A DNA stretch of 64,000 bases from Octopus sinensis (GCF_006345805.1 NC_043010.1:22692001-22756000); one strand, 5' to 3'. Shown: positions 1-13,197, numbered from the stretch's first letter. The notes: generated by a model from the letters alone, not told the origin. Numbers and translations are program-made.

Positions 1-162
1 CTTCCTCCACCTATCATTTTCATTCTATCGATAACTTCTCGGGGCTATTTCCCTTTTCCCTTATCTTTCGTTCAGATCTCTTCCTTGCTATTCCTTCTCT
101 CGGTCTTTTTTCTCTTCCTTTCTCTCAATCCTTCTCTTGTTTATTCTCTCACTCTCTCTTTC

Positions 163-204
<42 letters not shown>

Positions 205-265
205 TCCTCGCTCTCTAGCAATGTATTTATCTTTCATTCAATCTTGCATGGTTTCCTTCACTCTA

Positions 266-348
<83 letters not shown>

Positions 349-476
349 GTCTGTCTGTCTGTCTGTCTGTCTATTTGTCTGTCTATTTGTATGTCTATCT
401 ATCTATCTATCTATCTATCACACAGTTCTGTATCTATGACGCTCTCTCTCTCTCTCTCTCTCTCACTCTCACTCTC

Positions 477-520
<44 letters not shown>

Positions 521-687
521 TGTATATATATATATATAATATAATATAATATATGCATATGTGGGCACAGGACGTCACGAAACCTGTACAACAAAAATGT
601 ACGAGCACGAATACATGGAACATGAACTATTCTTTCGAACGACCCTTCATCAGTTGTTGGCTGTTTTTCTAGTCTCGTATTTCGAGC

Positions 688-742
<55 letters not shown>

Positions 743-1053
743 GTTACACTGCATGCTAACCCAGACCATGTCAATGAGAGCAGCTCATAAAAATCAAATT
801 AAACCAGATTATACTAGATAGAGCGAGACAAAAATAGTTTGAACTATTTCATATATGAGAGTCAACAAGGGTATTCGACCTGCTAGACATAGGAGTCAAG
901 TAATAGCTCATACTGTCTTTAAAAAGAAATGATGCATTGGATGATGTATCCCAGGCAACGGTATACATGAAAATGCGCAGACTGCACGTTTAATGTTTTA
1001 ATTCATTCAACCACAGGTCTGATTGATTTGAGTTGGTTCGATACTAAACAAAA

Positions 1054-1126
<73 letters not shown>

Positions 1127-1480
1127 CAGGCACGCACCGTCAGTAATTACTCAGGGTAGGCAGTTGATAACGTTTGTGTAGTAAAACACACGAAACAAAA
1201 AAGCGAAACACCGGTGCGCGACTAAGTTGGAGGCAGAAATACTTGTGCCTTTATAGCACGTAAAGGAAACGTTGTTGTAGGAATGTACGCAGCATGTATA
1301 CTGCAGCAGTCCTATGCGTAGTTTTAATACTGAGATTGAAAGGCAGGGGCGAATTATGCCTATCTAATCTACAAAAAAAAAATAAAATATCCTACATTTT
1401 ATGCATAATAATGGTATTATCAATCTATTTCACTGAGCGTAGGTACTACCAGCCTTGCCTACCCAGGTGGCACGTCTTTG

Positions 1481-1526
<46 letters not shown>

Positions 1527-1611
1527 TATATTATATATATATATATAATGTAAAATTCATAAGAAAATTAAAATTTATCTAATATAGTGGCGTTTTCAAA
1601 CTTCTTTTTAA

Positions 1612-1659
<48 letters not shown>

Positions 1660-1679
1660 TATATATATGTATATATATA

Positions 1680-2066
1680 TGGAGGCGGAATGGTCCAGTG
1701 GTTAGGGCAGCGGACTCGCGGTCGTAGGATCGTGGTTTCGATTCCCAGACCGGGCGTTGTGAGTGTTTATTGAGCGAAAACACCTAAAGCTCCACGAGGC
1801 TCCGGCAGCGATGGTGGTGATAACCTGCTGTACTCTTTCACACACAACTTCTCTCTCACTCTTACTTCCTGTTTCTGTTGTGCCTGTATTTCAAAGGGCC
1901 GGCCTGTCACTCTCTCTGTGTCACGCTGAATATCCCCGAGAACTGCGTTAAGGGTACACGTGTCTGTGGAGTGCTCAGCCACTTACACGTTAATTTCACG
2001 AGCAGGCTGTTCCGTTGATCGGATCAACCTGAACCATCGACGTCGTACCGACGGAGTGCTCCATTA
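1680..2066 (+). mobile_element. tRNA-derived SINE, family A (near full length)
   Basis: Pol III A box TGGTCCAGTGG and B box GGTTTCGATTCC. Homologous copies at 5283-5453(-), 13678-13870(+) and a diverged copy at 43612-43878(+). Confidence 0.85.
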
Positions 2067-2132
2067 TTCCATATATATATGTATATATAAATATATATAT
2101 ATGGTATTATATATATATATATATATATATAT

Positions 2133-4153
2133 AAAACGGGAAGCTTATGAAAATAAACAAAAGACGAAGGCAGGTGGAAGACAAACGAACAATTGTATTA
2201 GTATGGCGCTCAGGAAATATAATTAAAACAAGTCTTTAACGTTTCGAGCCTACGCTCTTCAACAGAAAGATACACAAGAGAGAAAAACACAGAAAAAGGA
2301 GAGAAAAAAAATGCGTGCAGTAGCTAACGAATCAACATGGCGATCTGATTTCGGCAGAGGTCAAAGATCAAACATGAGACGCGAGAGCGAAATAAGGGGA
2401 GATAATAGAGTTGATAAAAGGGTTGAGTGACCATCTAAAAGTGCGTGGGAGGGGTCTGGATGTTTGTATGTATAGGTTGGTGATGTATTAAGTATGTATA
2501 AGCGGGTGTGTGTGTGTGTGTGTGTGTGTATGAGAGAGTATTAGTGCGTAAGATTGGTCGGACGTGCGTATGTATGGGGTTGGTGTATGTATTAGTATTA
2601 TTAGTATGTATTAGTACGTATTGGTATGTATAGGTGTGTGTGTGTTGTGTTGAGTAGTATAAGTGGCGTATGCGGGGTCTGGACGTGTGTATGTATAGGT
2701 TTTGTGTAAGTATTAGTTGTACTAGTTGTATTAGTACGTATTAGTATGTATTAGTTGGTGTGTGTATTAGTATGGCACATCATATGATGTAATGTTAAAG
2801 TCATGTGGTGTAGTGAGGAGAGAGGGGGGAGAGGAAGAAGAGGGGGAGAAGGGGGAAGAGGAGACGATGGGGGAGAAGGAAGGTGAGGAAGGGGATGAAG
2901 GAGGAAAGAGGGAGAGGGGGAGAGAGAGAAGGGGAGAGAGGGAGTGAGGGAGCAGAGGGAAGGGGAAGAGGGAGGGAGAAAGAGGGAAGAGGGAAGGGAG
3001 TAGGGGTGAAAGGATGAAGACTGAAGAGTAGGGGTCGGGGGGAGAAAGGATAGGTGAGGAGGGGGGAGGGGGGGTTAGATGAGGAGGGGGGGAGAGTTGA
3101 GACCAAATGGCGTATAAGAGCGAGAGAGAAGATTATTCCTGTTCACGGCGCAAACGGGAATCCGATGGCCTCTGTGTAAGGACAAACCGAACACAGATAG
3201 GTGTTGCAAGGAGTGACCGGTGGAGCGGAAATGCGTGAGACCGGTGTGTCGTTCGCAAGGTGGATGTCACGAAGGTGTTCCGCGAACCGGTCTCCAAGCG
3301 GCGTCCCCGTTTGTCCGATGTACAAGGAATTGCAGAGAGAGCAAGAGATGCAATAGATAATATTGCTGGAGGTGCAGGTGAAGGAGTGGATGATGGGATA
3401 GGGTCGATGGTGGGTGCTAGTGGAGGCGGTGGTGTTGGAGAGGTAAGGGCAAGTGCGGCAACGTGGGCGGGAGCAGGGGAACGAGCCGGGTTGGGAGGTA
3501 GGTCAGGGAAGGAGCTATGGACCAAAAGGTCTCGAAGGTTGTGAGCTCGTTTGAAAAGAGGGGAGGGGGTCGTTTAGGGAAGAGGTTTGAAGGGACGGGT
3601 CGGACTGGAAGATGACGGAAAGCTCGAAGAATGGTGCGTTGGAGACGTAGGGTCGTGGGGTGGTAAGTGAGGGGAAAAGGGAGGCGGGAGACTACAGGGC
3701 GGTTCGGGGAGAGAGAGCAATACACGGTCCACGGACCGTGCTCTGGCAAGGGCGGTGTGGATAGTGGTGAGGGGTATCCACGTAGGGTGAAGTGGTGAGC
3801 CATACGTTGAGACTGAGTCTCAAAGTCATGTTCGTCACTACAGAGCCTACGTAGACGGAGGAATTGGGAATAGGGGATGGAAAGCTTGGTGTGTTCTGGG
3901 TGGGGAGGAGAGAAGTTGAGGTATGAGTGTGAGTCTGTGTGTTTTGTAGTGAATGGAGTGTGAAGAGTGGAGTGAAGAATGCTAACCGAAATGTCGAGGA
4001 AGGAGACAGAGGTGTTGGAGATAGTGGAAGTGAAGTGGAGGGCTGGATGGAAAGATTGGACGAAAGAGAGGAAGGAATCTAGATGTTCGCGGGAGAGTGA
4101 GGTGGCACCGATAATGTCCGTCAATATAACGACCATATAGTTCAGGGTGGGAC

Positions 4154-4157
<4 letters not shown>
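2133..4157 (-). mobile_element. 5'-truncated Penelope-like retroelement (RT core/thumb + GIY-YIG endonuclease + 3' terminal repeat), frameshifted
   Basis: The minus strand gives LYGRYID-[+G]-DIIGATS (catalytic YIDD split by a 1-nt insertion at 4119), SFHPALHFT...VSFLDISV...TDSHSYLNFSPPHPEHTKLSIPYSQFLRLRRLCS, and FTCTSSNIIYCISCSLCNSLYIGQTG/RLGDRFAEHLRDI (GIY-YIG). Both ends abut (TA)n. Confidence 0.92.
2232..2270 (-). ncRNA. Minimal type I hammerhead ribozyme motif in the Penelope terminal repeat (A6U core variant)
   Basis: Minus strand TCTTT-CTGTTGA-A-GAGC-GTAG-GCTC-GAAAC-GTT-AAAGA: stem I TCTTT/AAAGA, stem II GAGC/GCTC, palindromic loop-less stem III AACGTT. Minimal hammerheads are established in Penelope-like terminal repeats. 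Confidence 0.7.
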
Positions 4158-4197
<40 letters not shown>

Positions 4198-4764
4198 GTA
4201 TATATATATATTTTATATATATATGCATATATATATGGATATAATAAAATATCATATTACATATACATCTATACAATATATACAATATATATATATATTA
4301 TATATCTACATACATATATATACATATATACATATATCTATACATATATACATATATATATATATAATATATATACATATATATATACATATATATATTA
4401 TATATACATATACATATATACATATACATATATACTATAATATATACATATATATATACATACATATACATACATATATATATTTGTAAAAAAAGAAGTT
4501 TGAAAACGCCACTATATTAATAAATTTTAAATTTCTTATGAATACATATATATATACATACATACATATATATAGATATATATATATATATATAAATATA
4601 TATAGATATTATATAACAAAGACGTGCCACCTGGGTAGGCAAGGCTGGTAGTGCCTACCCTCAGTGAAATAGATTGATAATAACATTTTTCTTTTATAGC
4701 AAAATTAAATTATGAAGGTTTGTAGGATTATTATATATATAATGTATATATACATACTATTATG

Positions 4765-4809
<45 letters not shown>

Positions 4810-5165
4810 CATATATAATTGCATATACATATATATATATATCAAAGACAAAACAAAAAATAGAACAAGAACGTAACAGGTGATAACAAAACATCCTAGT
4901 ACTCTTGGCCTACATTTCCTTGTTTTCGGCCAAATTGGAGCAGTCTCGAGTGTAACCGGACGAATGAGTAAAGACAATCTGGAACTCGACTGAGGAAAGG
5001 AATCTCCGAATTACCCGTCCTTGCTTTTTCCTGTCCTTTTTGTCTATCGTCTAACTGTCCAGATCTTTTGCTGTCTCCTGTTAATTTCTTGTTCCATCTT
5101 TGTTTTTTCTTTTTTATATATACATATAGCGTCGTAGTAGACTTTTGTTCTTCTATATGATATAT

Positions 5166-5222
<57 letters not shown>

Positions 5223-5282
5223 CTATATATGTGTGTGTATGTGTATGTGAGTCCATCTCAGCGTTACTCGAGAAACAGAAAG

Positions 5283-5453
5283 GGAGAGTGAGAGAAAATG
5301 GTGGCGAAAGCGTACAAAGAAGGGATCACCACCACTTTCTGCCGAAGGCTCGTGGAGCTTTTAGGTTTCTTCGCTCAATAAACACACACAACGCCCGTTC
5401 TGCGATTCGAAACCGCGAGTCCGCTACCCTAACCACTGGGCCGTTGCGCCTCC
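5283..5453 (-). mobile_element. SINE family A, 5' part
   Basis: Reverse complement of the 1680 head (GGAGGCGCAACGGCCCAGTGGTTAGGGTAGCGGACTCGCGG-TTTCGAATCG...). Confidence 0.85.
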
Positions 5454-6714
5454 ATATATATATATATGCAGATGTGTATATATATATATAATATATATAT
5501 AAGCAGTATATATATATATATATATATATACCATTCTCTATATCACACTTAATGCAAATATATTGTAGAAAGCCTGGAAACAGTAGCATTCGTTTCGTGT
5601 AAGCATCGCGCATAGACGCGTGTTTGAATATATATATAATTACCTTTACAATTTGAAAAGAAAAATGAAGAAAGAAAAATAACTCAGCAGACTTTATTGG
5701 GAAACATTAGGACACTTTGATGATATTTAACGCGCAAAGAAGTCGGTTGATGGATATCGGTTTTAACAGATGCAAATATATATAACTTGTGAAAGTTGTA
5801 AAAATAATATTTATGAAATCCCTGTATGTGTGTGTGTATAAGACACATATTTAGAAGATGAGACCGAGCAAGTGAGGAAGTTGTTAATGGACATTGGAAT
5901 GTTATTATTCCACATTGTAAAAATACTGTGAATTAAGAAAAATGAACCTCGAACAGCCATATCTTCACGACATCCTAACAACGTACAAACGCACACAAAC
6001 ACATTTATACATTATATCATATTATATTATATTGTATTATATTATATTATATTATATTATATTATAATTTATTATATTTACAAGCTGAATTCTTAATAGA
6101 GTGCTTAATGTGCGTTTTAGATTAAATATTTGTTATGAGAGATATTTCTTATAATAGATATTAAGCTAAAAATAATCGTCCTCGTTTCATTTAATACCTA
6201 CAATAGCTTTCACTGTTGCCTATCGCTTTATCATATATTTCAATCTCTATAAAAGCCACAGCCTGCATCGGTATTTTTCGTGATCGATATTTTAGCAGGT
6301 TAAAGTACGAAGTTCAGCTTGAGGTGTTACCATTTTTTCATTTATGTCACAGAACGCCAGAGATTTCTCTGTAACATACGAAGTAACTATTATACTGCGG
6401 GTACGTATGTAGATTGTATATATATATATACCAAACAGCAGGTTTTGCTCACGTGAACATCTTTTGAAGAAAATCAGAGGACATTCAAGAGTGCTAGGTT
6501 AGAATTTCTTGTTTGGAATACATGTTATGGAATCTGGAAAATTCTATACCATATACATAAGTCACGTATTGTAATGCTCAGTGGAAAAAAATTAATTATA
6601 AAAATAATTAACTGAAATTCTTTAAAGTAGTACAGAATTTCTGAAAGAAAACAATATGATTTCCAGGTGAAAAGGAAAAAGTAAGAACACCATTTTTATT
6701 TCCTTATCTGCTTT

Positions 6715-7155
6715 GTCTTTTATTTTTCATTTGTTCCAGCCATTAGACTGCGGCCATGCTGGAGCACCACCTTCAAGAATTTTTAGCCAAATGAGTAGGC
6801 CTCGGTTTTTATTTATTATTTTTTTTTTTTTTTTTAGTTTGGTACTTATTTTGTGTCTTTCACCAGACCGCTAAGTTACGGGGGCGTAAACACACAAACA
6901 GCGGTTGTCAAGCGGTGGTTGGGGACAAACACAGTGACACACACACTCACATTCGCACACACATACACTCACTCATACATACACACACACATGCACTCAC
7001 CCATACACACACACACACATAAATACGACGGCCTTCTTTCAGTTTGCGCCTGCCAAGTCCTCTCACAGCTCAAGGCTTGAGAAGAAGACACATGACTAAT
7101 ACACCATGCTGTGGGATCGAACCTGGACCCAAGTGATTTGGAAGTGAGCTTCTTG
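6715..7155 (-). mobile_element. SINE family B
   Basis: Reverse complement of the head (TTGCCACACAGCCGCGCC) and tail (GACTGCGGCCATGCTGGAGCACCACC). Confidence 0.75.
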
Positions 7156-7533
7156 CCACACAGCCGCGCCTACACCTGAGCTTCTTTTATTTCTGAAGAA
7201 TTTTTGGGCGGACTACTTTGCCATGGAAGCAACAATTTTATGTAAATCAATAATCCTGGATCAACTCAAGATTCTGAACATCTTTTTAGTGCAATACATC
7301 CACAGTATGGTAACTTCATGTGTTTATATGCATTTTAGCCATGAATAAATGCGACTAAGGCGGAACGTGTCTACTAGTCTACTGACACACCTCAACTTAC
7401 GTGGTTTCGGGTTACGTCTTTTTCGAGTTTAATCGACTGCCTTGGGACTAATTAGGAATTATTAACATAAGCCAAAGAATAAATACACACACACATACAC
7501 ACATACCCCTCCATATGTATATATATATAATCA

Positions 7534-7598
<65 letters not shown>

Positions 7599-7600
<2 letters not shown>

Positions 7601-8645
7601 GTTGTTGTTGTTGGCATCCTTTTTGTCTCGGGAGACAATGGAGTTGCGCATAAAATAGTCCAGTCCGGCTTTTACATTTCATGTCCTGATACATTTCCTG
7701 CTGTAGTCCTATCCTGGACAAACACTCCCTCTGGCAGGTACCGCAAATGTAGCGAAGACTGTTCCTGGCTGGTTGTAGTGTCATAGTTTCTTGTTGACGT
7801 CTTTTCTTGTCTTTCCATTTCTCCTCTCTCTCTCTCTCTGTCACTCCTTTGTATTCCCTCTTTTACGGTACGTCGCCAATCTCCACGGTTGCTGGCAATT
7901 GCTTCCCAACTGCTAATATTGATGTTGCAGGCCTTCATGTCCCTTTTGCAAACATCCTTGTAACGTAACAACGGTCTACCCACAGACCTAGTACCCCTAG
8001 CAAGCTCTCCGTAGAGTATGTCCTTGGGGATTCTGCCATCTTTCATAGGGCTAACATGCCCAAGCCATCTCATACGTCTTTGTGTGAAGAGTGCAAACAT
8101 GCTTGGTATTCCTGCTTGCTTGAGGACATCTTTGTTGGGGATATGATTCAGCCATTGATGTTCTTGGCGTGTGTATAGCGTCCAAGTGTCACTTCCATAC
8201 AGTAGAGTGCTAAGTACACATGCCTGGTAGATGTTCATTTTTGTGGTCTTGGTCAGTTTATTGTTGTCCCATGCCCGTTTGGAGAGTTGGGCCATCGCAG
8301 CAGCTGCCTTGCCAATGCGTATACTGAGCTCAGCGTCAAGGGATAGGTTGTAGGTGACGGTAGAGCCAAGATAGGTAAACTTCTCCACCTCCTGTAATCT
8401 GTGGTCTCCAATATGTATGTTTGGGATGTCCGATGTAGCCTGACCCATGATGTTGGTCTTCTTAAGGCTGATAGCTAAGCCAAAGTTGTTACATGCTTGC
8501 TCAAAACAGTTAATGAGCGTTTGGAGGGCTTCTTCTGTGTGTGATACCAGAGCGGCATCATCAGCAAATAGCATCTCCTTGATCAGGACGTTTCTGATTT
8601 TGGTCTTGGCACGCAGGCGCGAGAGATTGAACAGTTTCCCGTCAC

Positions 8646-8648
<3 letters not shown>
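7599..8648 (-). mobile_element. 5'-truncated RTE-clade (BovB-like) LINE, RT C-terminal half and 3' tail
   Basis: SDGKLFNLSRLRAKTKIRNVLIKEMLFADDAALV...FGLAISLKKT...FTYLGS...RMRWLGHV...GRIPKDILYGEL...GRPLLRYKDVCK. After an (AG)n slippage frameshift it continues to a YICGTCQRECLSRIGL Cys motif. 3' end TCCATTGTCTCCCGAGAC...GGATGCC followed by a (CAA)n tail. Flanked by (TA)n on both sides. Confidence 0.95.
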
Positions 8649-8692
<44 letters not shown>

Positions 8693-8726
8693 ATATATTA
8701 TATATATATAATATATATATATATAA

Positions 8727-8892
8727 GAGTGCTTGTGTGGTAAGTAGGTCCCTTCTCAACCACATGATTCTGGATGGTTTGGTCTCAGTCCCACCACATA
8801 GAACCTTGGGCAAATCTCTTCTACTCTAGCCTCGATCTGACCAAAGTCTTGTGAGTGGATTTTGTAGACGGAAACTGAAAGAAGCCTGACGT
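8727..8892 (+). mobile_element. SINE family B, 5' part
   Basis: GTGTGGTAAGTAGG...ACCACATG...TCAGTCCCAC...TGTGAGTGGATTTTGTAGACGGAAACTGAAAGAAGCC. Confidence 0.75.
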
Positions 8893-9854
8893 GTATGTAT
8901 ATATATATATATAATATATATACAATATATATATATATACATACATGCATGCATATATATATATTTATCTATATGCACATACTATCACTGACCACTTCCC
9001 AACCCCACACCATCATCAACACACCTACACTTACATACGCATGTGCACCCTCGTTTTGGTATCACCACTACTTTGTTATCTCCCCTTCTTCCTAGCTCTC
9101 CTGTGTGACCCTCTGTCCGGCGAGCGTTATACTAATAAATCTCTTTGTTGTCTACACCACCTGTCTTCGTCTTTTGTTTTTTTTGTGAATTCTCCCTACA
9201 TAGTTGCTGAATTCTCCCAAATGAACTTCCTTACACTTATATTTGTCATTCTAAAGACGAGAGAGTACCATAAGACAGAATACGGGTGAATTTTATTTCC
9301 AGACGATCGAGCTTCTAGGCTGAAGATAAACGGTATGCAGTTGACTTGCTAGATATGACATGTATGTTATGTTGCTACATGTACGCCACCTAGCGTGTAG
9401 CAAGGCTGAATAACGTGAGATTGGCTTTCGCGTTCCGTATTTATAATTCGTCCATGGCAATCGAATATGGATATCGAAAGAAAAGGAAAACTCCAAATTC
9501 TTGACGTGACGTCATTTTTACATACTCGCTTCTCTTTCTCCAATATCTTACACTTTTATACACAATCTACTCTACGTTTCTATAAAAATATACATGTAGT
9601 CACTTATTTACATAAAACACACACACACACACACACACACTATCTCTCTCACTTTCACACCCACCCACACACATATATATATACTGTATATATATATAGC
9701 ATAAGCATGGTACATATATATATTCATACATATATATAGATAAGATATATACATATTCACACTCACACCCACATAGGTTTCTATGTACAACATGTGTGCG
9801 TGTGTATGTGTGTGCTTACAATGTGTATATATATATATTTATATATATATATAT

Positions 9855-9885
<31 letters not shown>

Positions 9886-9974
9886 CATACATATATATAT
9901 ACATACATATATATATACATACATATATATATACATACATATATATATACATATATATATACATACATATATCT

Positions 9975-10032
<58 letters not shown>

Positions 10033-10033
10033 A

Positions 10034-10093
<60 letters not shown>

Positions 10094-10096
10094 AAT

Positions 10097-10248
10097 TATT
10101 TTCTTTCTTTATTGCCCACAAGGGGCTAAACATAGAGAGGACAAACAAGGACAGACCAAGGGAGTAAGTCGATTATATCGACCCCAGTGCGTAACTGGTA
10201 CTTATTTAATCGACCCCGAAAGGATGAAAGGCAAAGTCGACCTCGGAC
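10097..10248 (-). mobile_element. SINE family C fragment
   Basis: AACTGGTACTTATTTAATCGACCCCGAAAGGATGAAAGGCAAAGTCGACCTCGG, the hallmark core shared by ~15 copies in the window. Confidence 0.8.
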
Positions 10249-11099
10249 ATATATATATATATATATATATGTATGCATGTATGTATATATGTATATATGT
10301 GTGTGTATGTATTTGTATACATTTGTGTATATGTATGTACATGTATACGCTAATATATAAGTGTACATATATATATATATGCGTGTGTGTGTGTGTATGC
10401 ATGTATGTACGCACGCATGTATACAGTTAGAAACAAACAGGTAGGCCAACAGGCAAACGTACGCCTATGCATGCACACAAACATACAGACACGAATTTAC
10501 CTCTAATTACTTTTTCTGCAGTAAGAGAAGGAAATCGGAAAAAAAATAAAAAACAAGGTCTCACCTGCCCCGTTTGCCAATCCCCCCCTCCACCGACCCA
10601 CCTCACAAGATTGCTGCACCAGTAGACATACACCGCGGCCCCCGTCACCAACAGCATCAGGTAATGCCAGACCCTGTTAATAAACGATAAAACTGTTAAC
10701 TCGTTTCTTATTAGATCGGCTCACAATTCCAGTTTTGTAGCAAGAAGCAATGTGATGAAGAATCGTCGAAGTATTGATAAAGTTTTATAAGATTCCTGGC
10801 CATAAAATCTTATCAGCTGATTTATATACCAATTCTTTCAAGCGTGAAATAGTTTCTATAACTTGATTTGCTGACACGATAAATAAATTTAAAATGTAAA
10901 TAAATATAAGACAAGTGATTATGTCCCCTTTTCTCTCAGCCTCTCTCTTTCGCTCTTTCCAATCTCTCCATCTCTGTCTATCTATCTGTCTGTCTGTCCG
11001 TGTCTCTGTCTCTTTCTCTCTCTTTCCTTTTCTCTTGCTCTCTTTCTAGCCTCGTTCTCGCTAGAATGTGAATTTACTTAATCAGATGACAACGGGATT

Positions 11100-11900
11100 T
11101 CAAATTCGTTAGAGTGTTAAGTGATAATGATGCCATCGGTGGTTAAGTGGTAGGGGCGGTGGTGGGGAGGCGCTGCTGCTGGTGGCGGTGGGGGGGAGTG
11201 ATGGTGGTGTTAGCTGTGGTGACGGTGGGAGGAGTTGGTGAGGGTGGCGATGGTTTGTGCCTGTGGTAGTAGTGGTGACACTGATGTTGGCAGCGATAGG
11301 GGAAGCGGTGGTAGTGATGCTGGTTGTGGTGCCGGAGATGGTATTGATGATTTTAGCTATGGTTGTGCCGGTAGTGGTGATGGTAGAGGTGGTGGTAGCA
11401 GTGGTAATGCATGCCGTGGTTGGCAGAGTTTGTTACGGTAGTCGCAGCAATGGTGATGTGGCCATGTTGGCGACTGTACTATGGCGGCCATCGTCATCGT
11501 GTGTGTCGTTGATAGTATTATGGAATGGTAGTGATGGCAGTAAATAACATTTATCCATAATGCTAATGACAATAGTAGTGCTGTTAATGGTATACTGCTG
11601 GTGTAATAGTGGTGGTGGTGGTGCTTTTGTAGGTGTTGGTGGTGTTGTTGTTGTAGTTGTTGTTGTTGTTGGTGGTGGTGGTGATTGGGGTGAGGATAAT
11701 ACTGATGATAACGATGGCAGTGATGGTGGTGGTGGTGGTGGTAGTGGTGGTGGTGATGGTGGTTTTGGTGTTGTTGTTGTTGTTGGTGGTGGTGGTGATT
11801 GGGGTGATGAGAATAATATTGATGATGACGATGACAATAATGGTGGTGGTGGTGGTGGTAAAAGATGTGGTTTAGCGGCAGTTGTAATACCAGTTGTCCT
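11100..11900. repeat. GGT/GTT/GAT trinucleotide low-complexity tract
   Basis: Mixed trinucleotide repeats, with an internal diverged duplication of GTTGTTGGTGGTGGTGGTGATTGGGGTGA. Confidence 0.85.
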
Positions 11901-12039
11901 GGTAGAAGTTATGATATAATAAAGGTCAAGGACGCAGTCGTAACTGTGGTAGCGGTGGCGGTATTGTTGTTAACGATGGCTCTCGCACATTAGTCGTTCG
12001 CCATTGGATAATTCGTCTTAACGGCGAATGATGTATTTT

Positions 12040-12424
12040 TTGTCCTTTACTTGTTGTAGTCTCGCGATACTGCGGCCATGCTGGGGCACCACCTTGTCAA
12101 ATGGATAGGCACCAGTCATTAAAAAAAAGAAAAAGAAACTGGTATTTATTCTATCGGTCTCTTTTGCTGAACAGCAAAGTTACCGTGACGGGATCACATC
12201 AACATCGGTTGTCAAGCAGTGATGAGTGACAAACACAGATACACACATACACACATACACACACACATATACGACGGGCTTCTTTCAGTTTCCGTTTACC
12301 AAATCTACTCACAAGGCTTTGGTCAAGCCGAGGTTATATCACTTGCCCAGTATTCCACCCATTGGGACTGAACTCAAAACCAAGTAGATGGGAAGCAAGC
12401 ATCTTACTACACAGCCACGCATGC
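12040..12424 (-). mobile_element. SINE family B
   Basis: ACGACGGGCTTCTTTCAGTTTCCG...CTTACTACACAGCCAC plus the reverse-complement tail. Confidence 0.75.
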
Positions 12425-12734
12425 GTCCAGTATTAACAAATATCTCACTTACATGCAGTTGTGCACTGGTAGCTGTTTGTTGTTTTAGGGGCCAATGCCT
12501 ACATAGTTGCCAAGCAAAGACACCCGACTTCTCACATATCCGTAGTTGGCTGGCACTCTTTTACTGCTGAACATACTGGGCAGCATAAAATGAAGTGCCT
12601 TGTTTTAGAACACAATGCGCTTCCCGATTCAGGAATTGAACCCACGTCCGTGCTATTCAGTCCAATACTCTAAGCACTAAGCCACGTATCTTCAAGACAA
12701 CAACAGTAACTACAAGCATGATTATTCATATATA

Positions 12735-12897
12735 GGCGCAGGAGTGGCTGTGTGGTAAGTAGCTTGCTTACCAATCACATAGTTCCGAGTTCAGTCCCAC
12801 TGCGTGGAACCTTGGCCAAGGGTCTTCTGCTATAGCCTCGGGCCGACCAAAGCCTTGTGATTGGATTTGGTGGACGGAAACTGAAAGAAGCCTGTCG

Positions 12898-12932
<35 letters not shown>

Positions 12933-13197
12933 ATGTATGTATGTATGTATGTATGTGTGTGTATGTATGTATATATGTATGTATGTATGTATGTGCGTGT
13001 GTATGTTTGTATGTCTGTGTTTGTCCACCAACATCGCTTAACAACAGTAACTTAGCGGTTCGCCAAAATGACCGATAGAATAAGCACTAGGGTTACAGAA
13101 AACAAGTACTGGGGTAGATTTCCTTGACTAAAGGCAGTGCTTCAGCATGGCCGCAGTCAAATGACTGAAACGTGTGCAAGGATGAAAGAATAAAACA
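12735..13197 (+). mobile_element. tRNA-derived SINE, family B (internal (TA)/(TG) microsatellite)
   Basis: GGCGCAGGAGTGGCTGTGTGGTAAGTAGCTTGCTTACCAA...GAGTTCAGTCCCACTGCG...GGAAACTGAAAGAAGCC, then a 3' module ending GCATGGCCGCAGTCAAATGACTGAAAC. Confidence 0.85.

Noticed and set aside
618-658. Hammerhead-like CTGATGAAGGGTCGTTCGAAA on the minus strand
   Set aside because: Stem II is mostly wobble pairs, and stems I and III do not close around a valid NUH site. At best a decayed remnant.
1680-1760. tRNA-like sequences with A and B boxes (also 13680, 34600-34675 and others)
   Set aside because: They continue into shared SINE bodies and lack a complete cloverleaf. These are SINE heads, not tRNA genes.
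4985-5022. CTGAGGAAAGGAATCTCCGAATTACCCGTC hammerhead-like text (similar weak cases at 23045-23080, 53540 and 60760-60862)
   Set aside because: The GAAA core or the stems are broken. Possibly old Penelope ends, but not supportable as ribozymes.
10501-10666. Acceptor (TTTTTCTGCAG) and donor (CAG|GTAATG) bracketing a 139-bp GC-richer segment
   Set aside because: There are stops in all three frames from that acceptor. It could be a distant UTR exon, but nothing links it to a gene without transcripts.
11235-11919. Gly/Val/Asp-rich and Pro/Thr-rich ORFs resembling structural proteins
   Set aside because: Trinucleotide low-complexity sequence is open in several frames on both strands, with no splice or start context.
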